Sequence record: OP114734.1
DNA: 64,000 bases
Reading direction: 5' to 3' (one strand)
Source: Escherichia phage vB_ESM-pEJ01
In this document: positions 10,924 to 21,749 of the stretch, in pieces
Position numbering within the stretch: the stretch's first letter is position 1
Layout of the letters: every line of letters begins with the position of its first letter
Notes under the pieces: generated by a model
The model's input: the letters and a program-made list of their open reading frames with translations, nothing else
Database searches by the model: none
Told to the model about the DNA's origin: nothing
Program-made: the position numbers and the translations under genes

Positions 10924-11911
10924 TGAAAATAGTGTGATCTATCGCTCAATCATTACTAGTAAATTCAGAACGGAAAAACTTCTGAATTTCTATAATTCTG
11001 TAGGCGATGGGGCAAATCAAATTACAATTTATGGAACGTTTGGACGTTCGGAGCCGTGGTCAGAAAACGAAAAAGAGGTGGGCTTTGCCCCACCTTATCC
11101 GACCGATTCAACGGCTGGTGTTGTTGATATGTGGACCCATATGATGGGGGCGGTTAAGATTAACAAATCACTTCTTGATGCGGTTATCCCTCGTAAAGAT
11201 TGGGGTGATACCGGACAGGATAACCCGCGCACATTCTTTATCAATGACATTGTTGTTGTCAACTCAGCACCATATAACAGAACTGATGTTGGTAGCGGCT
11301 GGATGGTGTATCGCGTAACCGATGTTCCTGATCGCGGTTACTGCTCGATTTCAAGCATTGACGCTAAAGTAGAGTGTTTGAAGTTGGGCGGAAAGTGGAC
11401 ACCCACGCATGAATCAATTGCGCCACCTGTAGGAAAGGGCGATTCTATTGATATGGGTGATGGGTATCGTTGGGAATATCTGTACACAATTCCACCTGAT
11501 GCGGCGATCAACCGTTGCACCAATGAACATATTGTTGTACCGTTCCCCGATGAACTGCGACAAGATCCGGCGCGTTGGGGATATGATAATGTGATCACCT
11601 GGTATAATGACTATAATCTGCTTTATCGGCTGAAAGTAGTAACTTTGCGTTTTCAGGCTTATATGGACTCTGCGCAATTCCCAACTACCGCGTTAGTGGG
11701 TAATACTGGTTTCCGTCAGTTAAGCATTATCCTTAACCCATTGGAAAAGAAAGCACGCCCTAGCGATCCAGACGTTAAAGCGGTTCAAGATAAGTACCGT
11801 CCGCAAGACTTAGAGCCACACTCAGGCGAAATGATCTACATGGAAAACCGACAACCTATCGTTCGGTCATTAGATCAAACAGAACTTGTTTCTGTATTGT
11901 TTGAGTTCTAA
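10916..11911 (+). CDS. 8: baseplate wedge protein gp8
   Basis: 331 aa; synteny; overlaps gene 7 stop. Confidence 0.9.
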   Translation: MANENSVIYRSIITSKFRTEKLLNFYNSVGDGANQITIYGTFGRSEPWSENEKEVGFAPPYPTDSTAGVVDMWTHMMGAVKINKSLLDAVIPRKDWGDTGQDNPRTFFINDIVVVNSAPYNRTDVGSGWMVYRVTDVPDRGYCSISSIDAKVECLKLGGKWTPTHESIAPPVGKGDSIDMGDGYRWEYLYTIPPDAAINRCTNEHIVVPFPDELRQDPARWGYDNVITWYNDYNLLYRLKVVTLRFQAYMDSAQFPTTALVGNTGFRQLSIILNPLEKKARPSDPDVKAVQDKYRPQDLEPHSGEMIYMENRQPIVRSLDQTELVSVLFEF

Positions 11912-11925
11912 GTGTATGATTTAAA

Positions 11926-11952
11926 AGCCAATTCGAGAGAGTTGGCTTTTTC
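11926..11952 (+). terminator. intrinsic terminator after gene 8
   Basis: hairpin AGCCAA...TTGGCT followed by TTTTT. Confidence 0.6.
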
Positions 11953-11963
11953 CATTTTTGGTG

Positions 11964-11991
11964 TTGACAATCTTATTTGGTAAGGTATAAT
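11964..11991 (+). promoter_or_regulatory. sigma70-like early promoter (TTGACA-N16-TATAAT) driving the inserted cassette
   Basis: -35 TTGACA 11964-11969, -10 TATAAT 11986-11991; leader begins ACACACAT as in the PeSL units at 52-60 kb. Confidence 0.6.
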
Positions 11992-12020
11992 ACACACATC
12001 TAAACAACGGAGGATAAATT

Positions 12021-12278
12021 ATGGCACGTCGTAAATTTACAGATAATTGTGAAGCAATTCAGGTATCCCCTTGCGGTTGGGATGTGATCGCGAATGGTGA
12101 AAAGATCGGAGAGATCATCGATCATACTCATTCATCACTAGCCGATTATACCGATGAACTATGGGAGGGTATCAACTTCATGAATGACACTAAACGATTC
12201 AAGACTATTGATGAAGCTATACATTTTGTGTATAATCCAACTTTCGGTATGTGGAGTGATAGAAAATGGCACGCGTAA
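12021..12278 (+). CDS. hypothetical protein (85 aa)
   Basis: ATG with RBS GGAGGA; first gene of the inserted cassette. Confidence 0.5.
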   Translation: MARRKFTDNCEAIQVSPCGWDVIANGEKIGEIIDHTHSSLADYTDELWEGINFMNDTKRFKTIDEAIHFVYNPTFGMWSDRKWHA

Positions 12279-12598
12279 ATATTAAATTGCATTACACAAT
12301 GAATAAAGCTAAGTTCCCAATGCAAAAGCATTACTATGGTCTACGTGCACAAGATCCTAAACTCTATGGTACTCATTGGTTTTGTAAACATGATAACCAA
12401 TGGCACACATACGAAGAAATGCACGAGATGATGAAACAGGGTATTGAATTTAGTTATTCTAATTATGACCATCGTATAACTTGCATTCGAAAATTGAAAC
12501 GATGGATTCGTAAGAATCCGCAATTTAAAAACTTTGTGTTCTTTATGTCTCATACTTATCTGGGGCATAGCGTTACCGTAACAGCAAAGGTTAAATAA
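12266..12598 (+). CDS. hypothetical protein (110 aa)
   Basis: overlaps upstream ORF by 13 nt and downstream ATG by TAATG, suggesting translational coupling. Confidence 0.5.
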   Translation: MARVNIKLHYTMNKAKFPMQKHYYGLRAQDPKLYGTHWFCKHDNQWHTYEEMHEMMKQGIEFSYSNYDHRITCIRKLKRWIRKNPQFKNFVFFMSHTYLGHSVTVTAKVK

Positions 12599-13437
12599 TG
12601 GCACGACTTTCTAAACAAGAACAAAAATTACACGACCGAGCAATGGAGTTGATTAATTCAGATCGTCCATTGACATTTGAAGAAAAAGAATTTTGCTATA
12701 ATAACTATCATGGCGATGGGCTAGGTGGTTCCGGTGCATTCTTTACCCCAGAATGGCTTGCCTGGGATTTTACCATTGACGCACACTGCACAGGAAAAGT
12801 ATTAGATCTTTGTGCTGGGATCGGTCGCTTATCTTTTTGTATGTTACATCGTTGTAAGCCAGAAAAGATCGTATGCGTCGAACTCAATCCAGAATTTGCG
12901 CGGATTGGCAAGAGACTATTACCGGAGGCAGAATGGATCACCAGCGATGTATTCGAATTTGAGTCAAACGAAAAATTCGATGTGGTGATCAGCAATCCAC
13001 CTTTCGGGAAAATCAATACAACCAACACAAAGGATGTATTTGAGTACACTGGCGGCGAATTTGAATTTAAGGTTATGACATTAGGCCAGAAGTTTGCCGA
13101 TGTTGGCTATTTTATTGTTCCTGTGGGTTCCGCTGGTTTTGCTTATTCCGGCAGACCTTATTATGACGGGACCATGAAGTCTAATAAATATATAAAATGG
13201 AGCAAACAAACTGGTTTGGTGACTTATGCCGGATGTGGGATTGATACATCAATCTATCGCGATGAATGGCACAGTACCAACGTTTTAACAGAAGTGGTTG
13301 AGGTTCGGTATTACGAGAAAGAAGCCGTAGAAGCGCCTAAATCACGCCCTAACGAACAAATAGAAGAAAGTAAGGAGATTACCTTACCGAAACAGGAAAG
13401 CGAGTCTTGGACGCTCTCAGATTTGTTTGACATTTAA
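12598..13437 (+). CDS. putative N6-adenine DNA methyltransferase, gamma-class motif order
   Basis: FFTP motif, then AdoMet motif I VLDLCAGIGRL, then catalytic NPPF about 60 aa later. Confidence 0.7.
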   Translation: MARLSKQEQKLHDRAMELINSDRPLTFEEKEFCYNNYHGDGLGGSGAFFTPEWLAWDFTIDAHCTGKVLDLCAGIGRLSFCMLHRCKPEKIVCVELNPEFARIGKRLLPEAEWITSDVFEFESNEKFDVVISNPPFGKINTTNTKDVFEYTGGEFEFKVMTLGQKFADVGYFIVPVGSAGFAYSGRPYYDGTMKSNKYIKWSKQTGLVTYAGCGIDTSIYRDEWHSTNVLTEVVEVRYYEKEAVEAPKSRPNEQIEESKEITLPKQESESWTLSDLFDI

Positions 13438-13441
13438 TTAT

Positions 13442-13467
13442 AAGCCGTCCTTGTGGGCGGCTTTTTT
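13442..13467 (+). terminator. intrinsic terminator after the methyltransferase cassette
   Basis: hairpin AAGCCGTCC-TTGT-GGGCGGCTT followed by TTTTT. Confidence 0.65.
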
Positions 13468-13477
13468 GTATGTATTT

Positions 13478-13485
13478 TATAAATA
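13478..13485 (+). promoter_or_regulatory. T4-type late promoter TATAAATA upstream of gene 9
   Basis: exact TATAAATA 28 nt upstream of the gene 9 ATG. Confidence 0.55.
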
Positions 13486-13512
13486 ATACATCATAACATG
13501 AGGAATTAAACA

Positions 13513-14367
13513 ATGGCACAAGTTCCAAAGAAAAGAATAGACACAGGTACTGTCGGCAATCCATCGACTGGCGATATCTTATATGATGGCGGTAATAAAA
13601 TTAACGATAACTTTGATTCAATATATGACGCATTTGCTGATCAGCGGTTTAAAGACGTAGACCACGGCGTGGGAAGAATGGTTATTCATGCAACCGGATA
13701 CTATCAGAAGCATCCACGTCAAAGCTACGCTGGTTCCGCTGTTGAGATTGGGAGTCTACACGATATCGATACAACTCAAGGCGCACTTATTGCTATTCTA
13801 CCTAAAGCAAAGGTCGGTGAGGGTGTTGTATTCATAAATAGTAACGGTAGCCTTTCAACGACGACACCGCTCAATATTCGAACTCAAGCAGGTGATTCTA
13901 TTAGCGGTTATTCCGGTGATGCTACAATAACACAACCATTTTCAAAAGTCACTGTTTGGTGTACTGCCGTTGAAGGTAGTCGCGTAACATGGCGATTGGG
14001 TATTGAAAGTATGTTTACCGATACAACAACGCCATTAGATAAAACAGTTAACGTAACTGGAGTAGCAACAAACGTTGCTATTGCCGCAAAAACAGAATAT
14101 GTTTCCATCAAATTATTAACTACCGCTAGCAATACATCCGGTTCAAAAATGCGTTCAAGTGAAACGCTACTGATGATTGATTCTAAAGCCGGAAAAGTTT
14201 ATGCGACGGAATATGCAGTTTTGCAGAAGACAGAAGATGAACTATACACGGTTCGTTATTTCATCGGTTCCGGCGATAAAGTATATGCAGAGTATAAGGC
14301 TACTGGCGAAAATATTCGTTTAGCAGTTAAAGCCGTAGACACTATTAAAATCGGGGTTGCTACATGA
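13513..14367 (+). CDS. 9: baseplate long-tail-fibre socket protein gp9
   Basis: 284 aa; synteny 8-(insert)-9-10-11-12; N-terminal G.GD.L..GG.KINDNF motif shared with gp10. Confidence 0.85.
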   Translation: MAQVPKKRIDTGTVGNPSTGDILYDGGNKINDNFDSIYDAFADQRFKDVDHGVGRMVIHATGYYQKHPRQSYAGSAVEIGSLHDIDTTQGALIAILPKAKVGEGVVFINSNGSLSTTTPLNIRTQAGDSISGYSGDATITQPFSKVTVWCTAVEGSRVTWRLGIESMFTDTTTPLDKTVNVTGVATNVAIAAKTEYVSIKLLTTASNTSGSKMRSSETLLMIDSKAGKVYATEYAVLQKTEDELYTVRYFIGSGDKVYAEYKATGENIRLAVKAVDTIKIGVAT

Positions 14368-16166
14368 AACAATTAATTAATATCGGTGACGTTGTTGATG
14401 ACGGTACAGGTGATTATCTAAGAAAAGGTGGTCAAAAGATTAATGACAACTTTTCTGAACTTTATACTAAGCTGGGGGATGGTGATATCCCTCATGCATC
14501 CGGCGCGTGGAAAACTCACACACAACCAGTATTAAAACCAAATTTTGGTGATGCATGGGCGATTAATACAACGAACAACGCTGTTTCTGTTGAATTGCCT
14601 AAAGGAAGCGCGAGTGATTATAATAAAACAATTAAACTTCGTGATGTTTGGCGCTCATGGGCTGCACATAACGTAACGTTGAAGCCAGCACAAGGTGATA
14701 CCATTAAGGGGTCTCCAATCGACCGTGAGTTGTATAAAGATTTCATGGATGTTGAATTGGTTTATTGTGCGCCCGGACGTTGGGAATATGTCGAAAATAA
14801 ACGAGTAGATACTATCACCACTTCCGATTTAAGCACAGTCGCTAAGGAAGTTTATATTGCAACCGAAGGACAAACAGACTTCCCTAATGTGTTTGGTTCC
14901 AATACTTACAATATTCGAAATGTTGAAGTGTATTATCGCGGTAACTTGCTTTATTATGGCAAGGATTTAACCGATGATTCTAACTATGGTTCAATCGGTG
15001 AAAACGGTGATATTGTTCCTCTTGACGGTAAAAGCATTAAATTACGCTTCCCTTGTTCGGCGGGTGATACCATTCAAATCATCACTTATATGGACGGTAT
15101 CGCATCCTTCCGGTCAAGCTATATTACTCATACAATCCGCGTTTATGAAACAGGAATGACCACTTTGGAATCCATCCCAGGTGAAGTTTGGGTCGGTGAA
15201 CTTGCTAATAAGAAAGAGTTTACTAATGCTGAATTAGGCGTAAGTAAGCGAGATCTTATTAATCCAAATTCATTTGAATTGCTGATCAACGGCACACAAA
15301 TGATTAAAGCGGGTGATGCGGATTTACCTTCCTTTATTTGTGAAGGTGCTGACGGTGAAACGGAAGAAACCTGCGTACTTGCTGGCGGTCAATGGGTGGA
15401 ATCTGGTGAAGATTATTCATTAATGTTTGACGAAAACAGCGTGGTGACTGGTATTAAATTATCTAAAGCACTAGATAACAGAGACACTATCACAATTCGC
15501 TGGTTTAATAATGATATCGGAACATTAATGGAATGGGACGGTGTAGGCGGTATTAAAGAAAAAGCAGATAAAATTTATCTTAATAACGAAGATGAAGTTA
15601 CTCTGACAAATCGAATTGAATATACCGATTTCCAGAATCCAAGCCAAGCAACTAAACGCCCAATGGAAGATTATACAGGTCGTGTGATGGATATCTATTC
15701 CATCTTTGATATTTTCCATCCTATAGGCACAATTTATGAAAACGCGCATAACCCAGCTAACCCGGCGACATATATGGGAATTGGTACATGGGTACGTTAT
15801 GCGGAAGGAGAATTTCTGGCTGGTTGGTCTTCTGACGCAAGCGATCAAAACTTCGCACTAAACAACAACGATCTTGATACACATGGTCAACCTACACACA
15901 CCGCAGGTGGTAACGGTGGTGATGTTGCATACCAGATCAAGAAAAATATGATTCCTGAATTACAGAGCAACGATCGAGTTCTTGTAAAAGATGATAACGG
16001 AAATATTATTATCGGTGGTTGTCAGGTAGACCCTGATGCAGTAGGTCCAGCGTTTACCAAATATCGAGAAGATAATGTTAAAGTTAATCAGGGAAATACC
16101 GATCCATCAATGATGGGTATTCTTCCTCCATACAGAACTGTCTATCGTTGGCTAAGGGTAGGTTAA
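14364..16166 (+). CDS. 10: baseplate wedge / short-tail-fibre attachment protein gp10
   Basis: 600 aa (T4 gp10 about 602 aa); synteny; ATGA overlap with gene 9. Confidence 0.9.
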   Translation: MKQLINIGDVVDDGTGDYLRKGGQKINDNFSELYTKLGDGDIPHASGAWKTHTQPVLKPNFGDAWAINTTNNAVSVELPKGSASDYNKTIKLRDVWRSWAAHNVTLKPAQGDTIKGSPIDRELYKDFMDVELVYCAPGRWEYVENKRVDTITTSDLSTVAKEVYIATEGQTDFPNVFGSNTYNIRNVEVYYRGNLLYYGKDLTDDSNYGSIGENGDIVPLDGKSIKLRFPCSAGDTIQIITYMDGIASFRSSYITHTIRVYETGMTTLESIPGEVWVGELANKKEFTNAELGVSKRDLINPNSFELLINGTQMIKAGDADLPSFICEGADGETEETCVLAGGQWVESGEDYSLMFDENSVVTGIKLSKALDNRDTITIRWFNNDIGTLMEWDGVGGIKEKADKIYLNNEDEVTLTNRIEYTDFQNPSQATKRPMEDYTGRVMDIYSIFDIFHPIGTIYENAHNPANPATYMGIGTWVRYAEGEFLAGWSSDASDQNFALNNNDLDTHGQPTHTAGGNGGDVAYQIKKNMIPELQSNDRVLVKDDNGNIIIGGCQVDPDAVGPAFTKYREDNVKVNQGNTDPSMMGILPPYRTVYRWLRVG

Positions 16167-16167
16167 T

Positions 16168-16812
16168 ATGATTTCTAAAACACGTTCAAAAGCTAGTGTA
16201 TTTTCCAGCGATGCGGCGTTTATTTCATACGATCCAGGATCGAAAGATCCTGTTATCGGTGGTTCTCGTCCAATTGGTGGCGTTAATGTCGATCAATCAA
16301 GAAAAGGTTCCTATGTAAACAACGTTCAATCTGCAATTGATGACCTTTATTCATTGTCAATGATCCGAATTGGTGATGTGTTGGTTACAACCAACTCAAC
16401 TCCACCACAAGCCGCAGGACAGATTGAAACTCTGTCATTTTCTGGTTCTGTTAACAATCAACATAATCCAGACGCAAACAAAGTATTAATTGATGTTTTG
16501 GGTTATCCATTTATTGTTGATGTTGGGTCTTCCGGCGTTTCTCTATGTGAGAAAGTAACGGAAAAATTTACCGAACTAATGAATAAAAACATTATGTTCA
16601 AAGAAGTAAAAAGAAAAGGAAGTGGCAACGACCAATTAGAAATTCATTATATCGATTCTCTTGAACACCCACCAACCGATATTAACAAGTACGGAATTAC
16701 AATCACAGGAAATGTTGATTCTCCTGCTCGTGTTGGTTATGGTTCATGGTCTCGACTGGGTACAGAAGAGAAATTTGGAACTACCCTATATTATTTCAAA
16801 CGTATTGCATAA
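16168..16812 (+). CDS. 11: baseplate wedge protein gp11
   Basis: 214 aa; synteny. Confidence 0.85.
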   Translation: MISKTRSKASVFSSDAAFISYDPGSKDPVIGGSRPIGGVNVDQSRKGSYVNNVQSAIDDLYSLSMIRIGDVLVTTNSTPPQAAGQIETLSFSGSVNNQHNPDANKVLIDVLGYPFIVDVGSSGVSLCEKVTEKFTELMNKNIMFKEVKRKGSGNDQLEIHYIDSLEHPPTDINKYGITITGNVDSPARVGYGSWSRLGTEEKFGTTLYYFKRIA

Positions 16813-16823
16813 GGTGATGTATA

Positions 16824-18224
16824 ATGGCAAACAATACTATTAACCATGTAAAAGACGATGCTCAATACGTCAAGTTTAACCCTGTAAACGATTGGCCTCA
16901 AAGCATTACCAACGTACAAGCGGCTTTAGCCGCTATTAATGGCTTTGCCGTAAATGGATTACCGGACGCTACGGAAGATACAGCCGGGATCGCTGCAATC
17001 GCAACTCAGGAAGAAGTAAACGACGGCACTGTAGACAATAAGATCGTGACTCCAAAAACACTAGCTGTTAAAATGTCACGTCCAGATGCTACAAAAGAAG
17101 TAAAAGGAATTACCCGATTTGCCACGATGGAAGAATCGCTGCAAGAGAGCAACGAGAACATGGCAATCGGTCCAGACACACTAAACCATTACTTCACCAC
17201 TAAAAAAGCGTCAGAGAGCGTTCAGGGGACTATTAAGATATGTTCTCTTGAGGCGGCAAAGATTGGCAGCGATGACACAATGGCAGTAACACCTAAAAAG
17301 ATGCACACTGCCATTGCACAGATTGTGCCGGGATTAATTCCAGATCAAAACACAGCAACCGAAAGCGCACAGGGTTTAGTTCAGTTAGCAACTAATGCGC
17401 AGGTTTTACAAGGCCAGATTCGAGAAGGTTTTGCAATTAGCCCTTATGCATTTGCAAATGCTCGCGCCAATGAGAATCAGGCGGGTACTGTTAAGATCGC
17501 CAGCCAGTCACAGATGAATGCTGGTTCAGATGATACTGTAGTTGTTTCTGCTAAGAAGTTTGCAAGCACTAAGGCAACAACGTCTCAATACGGCATTGTT
17601 AAACTACGAGACACCGTAGGAAGTGAGGCTAACGCTGCACTATCAGCAAATGCTAAGGTTCTTCCTAGCACTGGCGGTACGGTAAGCGGAAACGTCTATA
17701 AAGGTTCAAACTCAGACGGCAACCAGTTTGTTACTAAAAATGAATTAGCGAATCACGCAATGCCAATTGGTGGTATTATCCTTTCTGGATTCAATGCCGA
17801 TCGAGGTGACTTTCTGATCTGTAATGGTCGTTCACTGAATAAAAATCAATATCCGCAATTATTTTCTGCGATTGGTTATACCTTTGGTGGTTCAGGTGAC
17901 AATTTTAATATTCCTGATATGCGCGGTTTAGTTGCTCGTGGTTGCGATCATGGAAGAAACCTTGATCCAGGTCGTCGATTTGGTTCTTATCAAGAAGACG
18001 CAATGCAGAGAATTACTGGTAAATTCCCTGTAGCTGACCGCTGGCGCGGTTGGTATGGTGGCGCATTTACTGCACAGCGCGGTCAATGGAGCACGAACTA
18101 TAAAAACGGTGGTGGTGATGATTGGGGTTCTACTGTTAACTTTGATTCAGGAAGATCCGTAAGAACGGCTAACGAGACTCGCGTCAAGAGTCTGGCATTA
18201 AACTATATCATAAGGGTGCGCTAA
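16824..18224 (+). CDS. 12: short tail fibre protein gp12
   Basis: C-terminal tail-collar-type motif (IILSGFNADRG...YPQLFSAIGYTFGG...FN.PDMRG); synteny. Confidence 0.9.
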   Translation: MANNTINHVKDDAQYVKFNPVNDWPQSITNVQAALAAINGFAVNGLPDATEDTAGIAAIATQEEVNDGTVDNKIVTPKTLAVKMSRPDATKEVKGITRFATMEESLQESNENMAIGPDTLNHYFTTKKASESVQGTIKICSLEAAKIGSDDTMAVTPKKMHTAIAQIVPGLIPDQNTATESAQGLVQLATNAQVLQGQIREGFAISPYAFANARANENQAGTVKIASQSQMNAGSDDTVVVSAKKFASTKATTSQYGIVKLRDTVGSEANAALSANAKVLPSTGGTVSGNVYKGSNSDGNQFVTKNELANHAMPIGGIILSGFNADRGDFLICNGRSLNKNQYPQLFSAIGYTFGGSGDNFNIPDMRGLVARGCDHGRNLDPGRRFGSYQEDAMQRITGKFPVADRWRGWYGGAFTAQRGQWSTNYKNGGGDDWGSTVNFDSGRSVRTANETRVKSLALNYIIRVR

Positions 18225-19993
18225 TGATTGAACAATTAAACATCCACGAGATCCCACATGTTGACGGTGTACCAAGCGAAGGACAGCACCGTATTAACTG
18301 GATCAAGAATGGCGAATGTTTAAGCGCAGCAACGACACAGACTGGCAATGACGGGACGCTTAACCGCGCCCCTGTTGCAATTCAAGAAAACGTTGCACGC
18401 GTAAACGAAAACGCAAAATCAACCGTCGCTAAAGTTAACGAGGTTGTAACGGCGGTTAACGATATTAAAACAACTTTAGGGGTAATTTCTGACGGAAGTA
18501 TCATTGATGTGGTTAACCAGACTGTCGCAAAAGTTGAATCCGTCGAAGAGAACTTAGGAGAAACAGCAAGAACTCTGCAAACAACGGTAGACGCTGTATC
18601 AGAACTTAACATCAAGATTGGTGATCGCCCCGCTGCCGATCCGAGCACAAGAACAATCTATGATGACATTTCTTTCATCAAACAAGAAATGGGTTCTTAT
18701 CCTAACTTTAATATCAATGGTTACCCTGATGCTGGTAGTTCCGGTTCTGGCATCAAATACCGAGTTATTCAGAATACCGCAGCATTAAATGACCACGGTC
18801 GCCGAATCATTCAGCTTGAAAACGACTGGCAAGATTCTGACGTAGGCGAGTTAACAAAACAAGTTAACAAAATGCGCAGTGAGATCGGCGACACGTCTCT
18901 TGCAACACAAGAAAATGTGTATGTTCGTCTCCGCACCAACGCAAGAAACATTGCTAACTTATCAAACGAAGTTCTAGAAGTCAAGAAAGCAATTTTGTTT
19001 GATTCAATCCCTGATATCGGGACTAAAGTCACTACGCTGGGAACTAATTATGAACGTCTAAACAATGATGTTAATGGTGTAGATTCCGGTATTCGTCCTC
19101 GTCTTCTGGCTGTCGAGAATAAGATCGGAACGCCTCAATCGGCTGGAAGCATTGACTATCGATTAACCAACACAGAGCGAGAATTTTTAGATCTTAAACA
19201 GGTTGTTGGTGTAAGCGGTGCTGACGGTTTGCGCGGTGAAGTTGTTCGACTTTCCAATGAGATTGGCACTGACAGCGATCGACATACTCTAGCCGGACGT
19301 CTTAAAGTTGTAGAAAACACTCAGGGTCGGTTAGAAGCAAGAGTACAGGACATGGAACAGATTGTAGGTGATCGCGAATCAGGTTTGACCGCTGGCGTTA
19401 TTAAACTATCAAGTGATATCTATGGCGATGATGGTTCAGAAGATCCATTTACTCAGAAAGGCGTGATTAAAATCGTCAAAGAGCTACAAACATCTAACGG
19501 AAACAAAGTAGATGATGTACCTGATGACGGTTTCCATTATCTGCGTAAGCGCGGAGAATGGGTGCAAGTTGCATATGCTACTGGAGCATTTAAAAATACC
19601 GCAGATATTACGGTTGAACTTGACGAACAGGATGTTTATAAACCGATTCCGCTTAACGACATGGCGGAAGAAGTTAATTCTCGTCAAATGGTGAAAAGTG
19701 AATCTGTTGTTACCGTTCAGGACAAAGGTTTATTCCGTTGTGTATTCCGTTGTGATGTACAAGCTCAACATAATGCAACATTCATTGTTGCGATTTTCAA
19801 AAATGGACAGATGGTACATGAAGCGAAAAATGGTCATTACGGAACAGACGAATTGATCAGCTATTCTACCAGTGCTTTCCTAAATATTGAAACGGGAGAT
19901 CAGATTAACATCCGTATTAAGGGTGTATCTGCCGAAGCAGTAGCACAGCCAGTACAAATTAAAGAGTTCCTCTTTGGGATTTCTCCGGTATAA
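18224..19993 (+). CDS. wac: fibritin (whisker antigen control) with C-terminal extension
   Basis: coiled-coil body; foldon-like motif DGFHYLRKRGEWV at about residue 435, followed by about 135 extra residues; synteny after gene 12. Confidence 0.85.
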   Translation: MIEQLNIHEIPHVDGVPSEGQHRINWIKNGECLSAATTQTGNDGTLNRAPVAIQENVARVNENAKSTVAKVNEVVTAVNDIKTTLGVISDGSIIDVVNQTVAKVESVEENLGETARTLQTTVDAVSELNIKIGDRPAADPSTRTIYDDISFIKQEMGSYPNFNINGYPDAGSSGSGIKYRVIQNTAALNDHGRRIIQLENDWQDSDVGELTKQVNKMRSEIGDTSLATQENVYVRLRTNARNIANLSNEVLEVKKAILFDSIPDIGTKVTTLGTNYERLNNDVNGVDSGIRPRLLAVENKIGTPQSAGSIDYRLTNTEREFLDLKQVVGVSGADGLRGEVVRLSNEIGTDSDRHTLAGRLKVVENTQGRLEARVQDMEQIVGDRESGLTAGVIKLSSDIYGDDGSEDPFTQKGVIKIVKELQTSNGNKVDDVPDDGFHYLRKRGEWVQVAYATGAFKNTADITVELDEQDVYKPIPLNDMAEEVNSRQMVKSESVVTVQDKGLFRCVFRCDVQAQHNATFIVAIFKNGQMVHEAKNGHYGTDELISYSTSAFLNIETGDQINIRIKGVSAEAVAQPVQIKEFLFGISPV

Positions 19994-20000
19994 GAAATTA

Positions 20001-20022
20001 AAGGGGCGTTAAGCCCCTTTTT
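20001..20022 (+). terminator. intrinsic terminator after wac
   Basis: hairpin AGGGGC-GTTAA-GCCCCT followed by TTTTT. Confidence 0.65.
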
Positions 20023-20039
20023 CGTTTATAGGTGATATT

Positions 20040-20972
20040 ATGTCAGGATATGTAACCAATAACCCAAGAGAATTAAAAGACGCTATTCTGCGTCGTTTAG
20101 GCGCACCAGTAATTAACGTAGAAGTAACAGAAGACCAGATTTACGATTGTATTCAGAGAGCATTAGAACTCTATGGGGAATATCATTTCGATGGGGTGAA
20201 TAAAGGATATAAAGTATTTCGTGTTAGTGCAGAGCAAGCGCAACACGGGGTATTTGATTTAAGCGATTCTGGAGTATTCGCAGTAACTAAAATAATTCGA
20301 ACAAACGTAGGTAGCGCGGCTACGATGGATGGTACTGCCGTTTATCCGTGGTTTACTGACTTTCTGTTGGGTTTAGCTGGTGTAAATGGCGGTTTAGGAT
20401 CTGGCTGTAGTAAATTTTATGGTCCAAATGCAATGGGTGGTGATCTAGGATATTTCGAACAGCTTATGAGCTATAGAGCCACTATGCAAAATATGCTCAA
20501 TCCGCTGCCAGATTATTGGTATAACAGCGCAAACGGACAACTTAAGATAACAGGAAACTTCCGAGAAGGTGATCTCATTGTTGTTGAATTATATGTTAAA
20601 AGCTATGTAGACGTTCCTGATATGATCGGCGCGGTTGCTGGTTATGCTCATGCGGGAGGATGTTCTACCGCTGGCGGGATTAGCGCCGTTTATGATAATC
20701 CAACTGCTGGTTTAAGCGGGATTGTTGCTGGCATGGGACCGATCAGTGAGAACAAGCAGGGCGCATATAATAACCGTTGGGTTAAAGACATGGCAACCGC
20801 TTTCACTAAGGAGGTGTGGGGGTCTATCATGGCTAAACATCAAGGTCTGCAATTACCCGGCGGTGTCACTGTTGATGGTATCCGAATCATTGAAGAAGCA
20901 CGCGCCGACATTGAGAAATTGCGACAAGAACTAGAATTATTAGATCCTCCGTTCGGCATCCTCATGATTTGA
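20040..20972 (+). CDS. 13: neck protein gp13
   Basis: N-terminus [24 protein letters not shown]...[20 protein letters not shown] matches T4 gp13 as I recall it; C-terminus LDPPFGIL. Confidence 0.9.
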   Translation: MSGYVTNNPRELKDAILRRLGAPVINVEVTEDQIYDCIQRALELYGEYHFDGVNKGYKVFRVSAEQAQHGVFDLSDSGVFAVTKIIRTNVGSAATMDGTAVYPWFTDFLLGLAGVNGGLGSGCSKFYGPNAMGGDLGYFEQLMSYRATMQNMLNPLPDYWYNSANGQLKITGNFREGDLIVVELYVKSYVDVPDMIGAVAGYAHAGGCSTAGGISAVYDNPTAGLSGIVAGMGPISENKQGAYNNRWVKDMATAFTKEVWGSIMAKHQGLQLPGGVTVDGIRIIEEARADIEKLRQELELLDPPFGILMI

Positions 20973-21008
20973 TTTATTGGGGGAGTATTCCCCCATTTGG
21001 AGTAACAT

Positions 21009-21749
21009 ATGTTTAACAACACTCTTTTTGCTCGCCTTGAATCGCAAAAGGATTATGAGAATACACGACAAACAGAGATTCTTAATCCTTATGTGAACTT
21101 TCACAAATATACAAATACTCAGACGTTAGCCGACGTTATGGTCGCCGAGTCTATACAAATGCGCGGCGTCGAGATGTACTACATACCGAGAGAATTTGTT
21201 AAACCTGATATGATATTTGGGGAGGACGTACAAAGCAAATTCACTAAGGCGTGGAAGTTTGCAGCGTACATAAATTCTTTCGATGGGTATGAGGGTGCTG
21301 GCAATTTCTTTCAATCTTTCGGTTATACCGCTAATGATGAATTAACCATAACCATAAATCCAAATTTATTCAAACATCAAGTAGACAACCAAGAGCCTAA
21401 ATCCGGCGATTTGTTTTACATTCCTATGAGCAACGATTTATTCGAAATCTCATACGTCGAGCCATATCAGCCGTTTTTTCAGGCTGGCAAAAATGCCATG
21501 CGTAAAATTATTGCAGAGAAATTCGTGTATAGCGGTGAGGAATTGCGACCAGAATTACAACGCAATGAGGGAATTAATGTTGATGAGTTTGCGGATCTGG
21601 ATCTTGCACCGATCACTAATCTGGACGGGTTAACAGATATCAACTTAGATCAGTACAAAGAAGATAAGCAATTCAGAAGCGAAGGACAAGATTTTATTGA
21701 TCCGTTTGATCCTATTAATGGCAAGGGTTCACCTTTCGCCGATTTTTGA
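21009..21749 (+). CDS. 14: neck protein gp14
   Basis: 246 aa; synteny 13-14-15. Confidence 0.85.
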   Translation: MFNNTLFARLESQKDYENTRQTEILNPYVNFHKYTNTQTLADVMVAESIQMRGVEMYYIPREFVKPDMIFGEDVQSKFTKAWKFAAYINSFDGYEGAGNFFQSFGYTANDELTITINPNLFKHQVDNQEPKSGDLFYIPMSNDLFEISYVEPYQPFFQAGKNAMRKIIAEKFVYSGEELRPELQRNEGINVDEFADLDLAPITNLDGLTDINLDQYKEDKQFRSEGQDFIDPFDPINGKGSPFADF

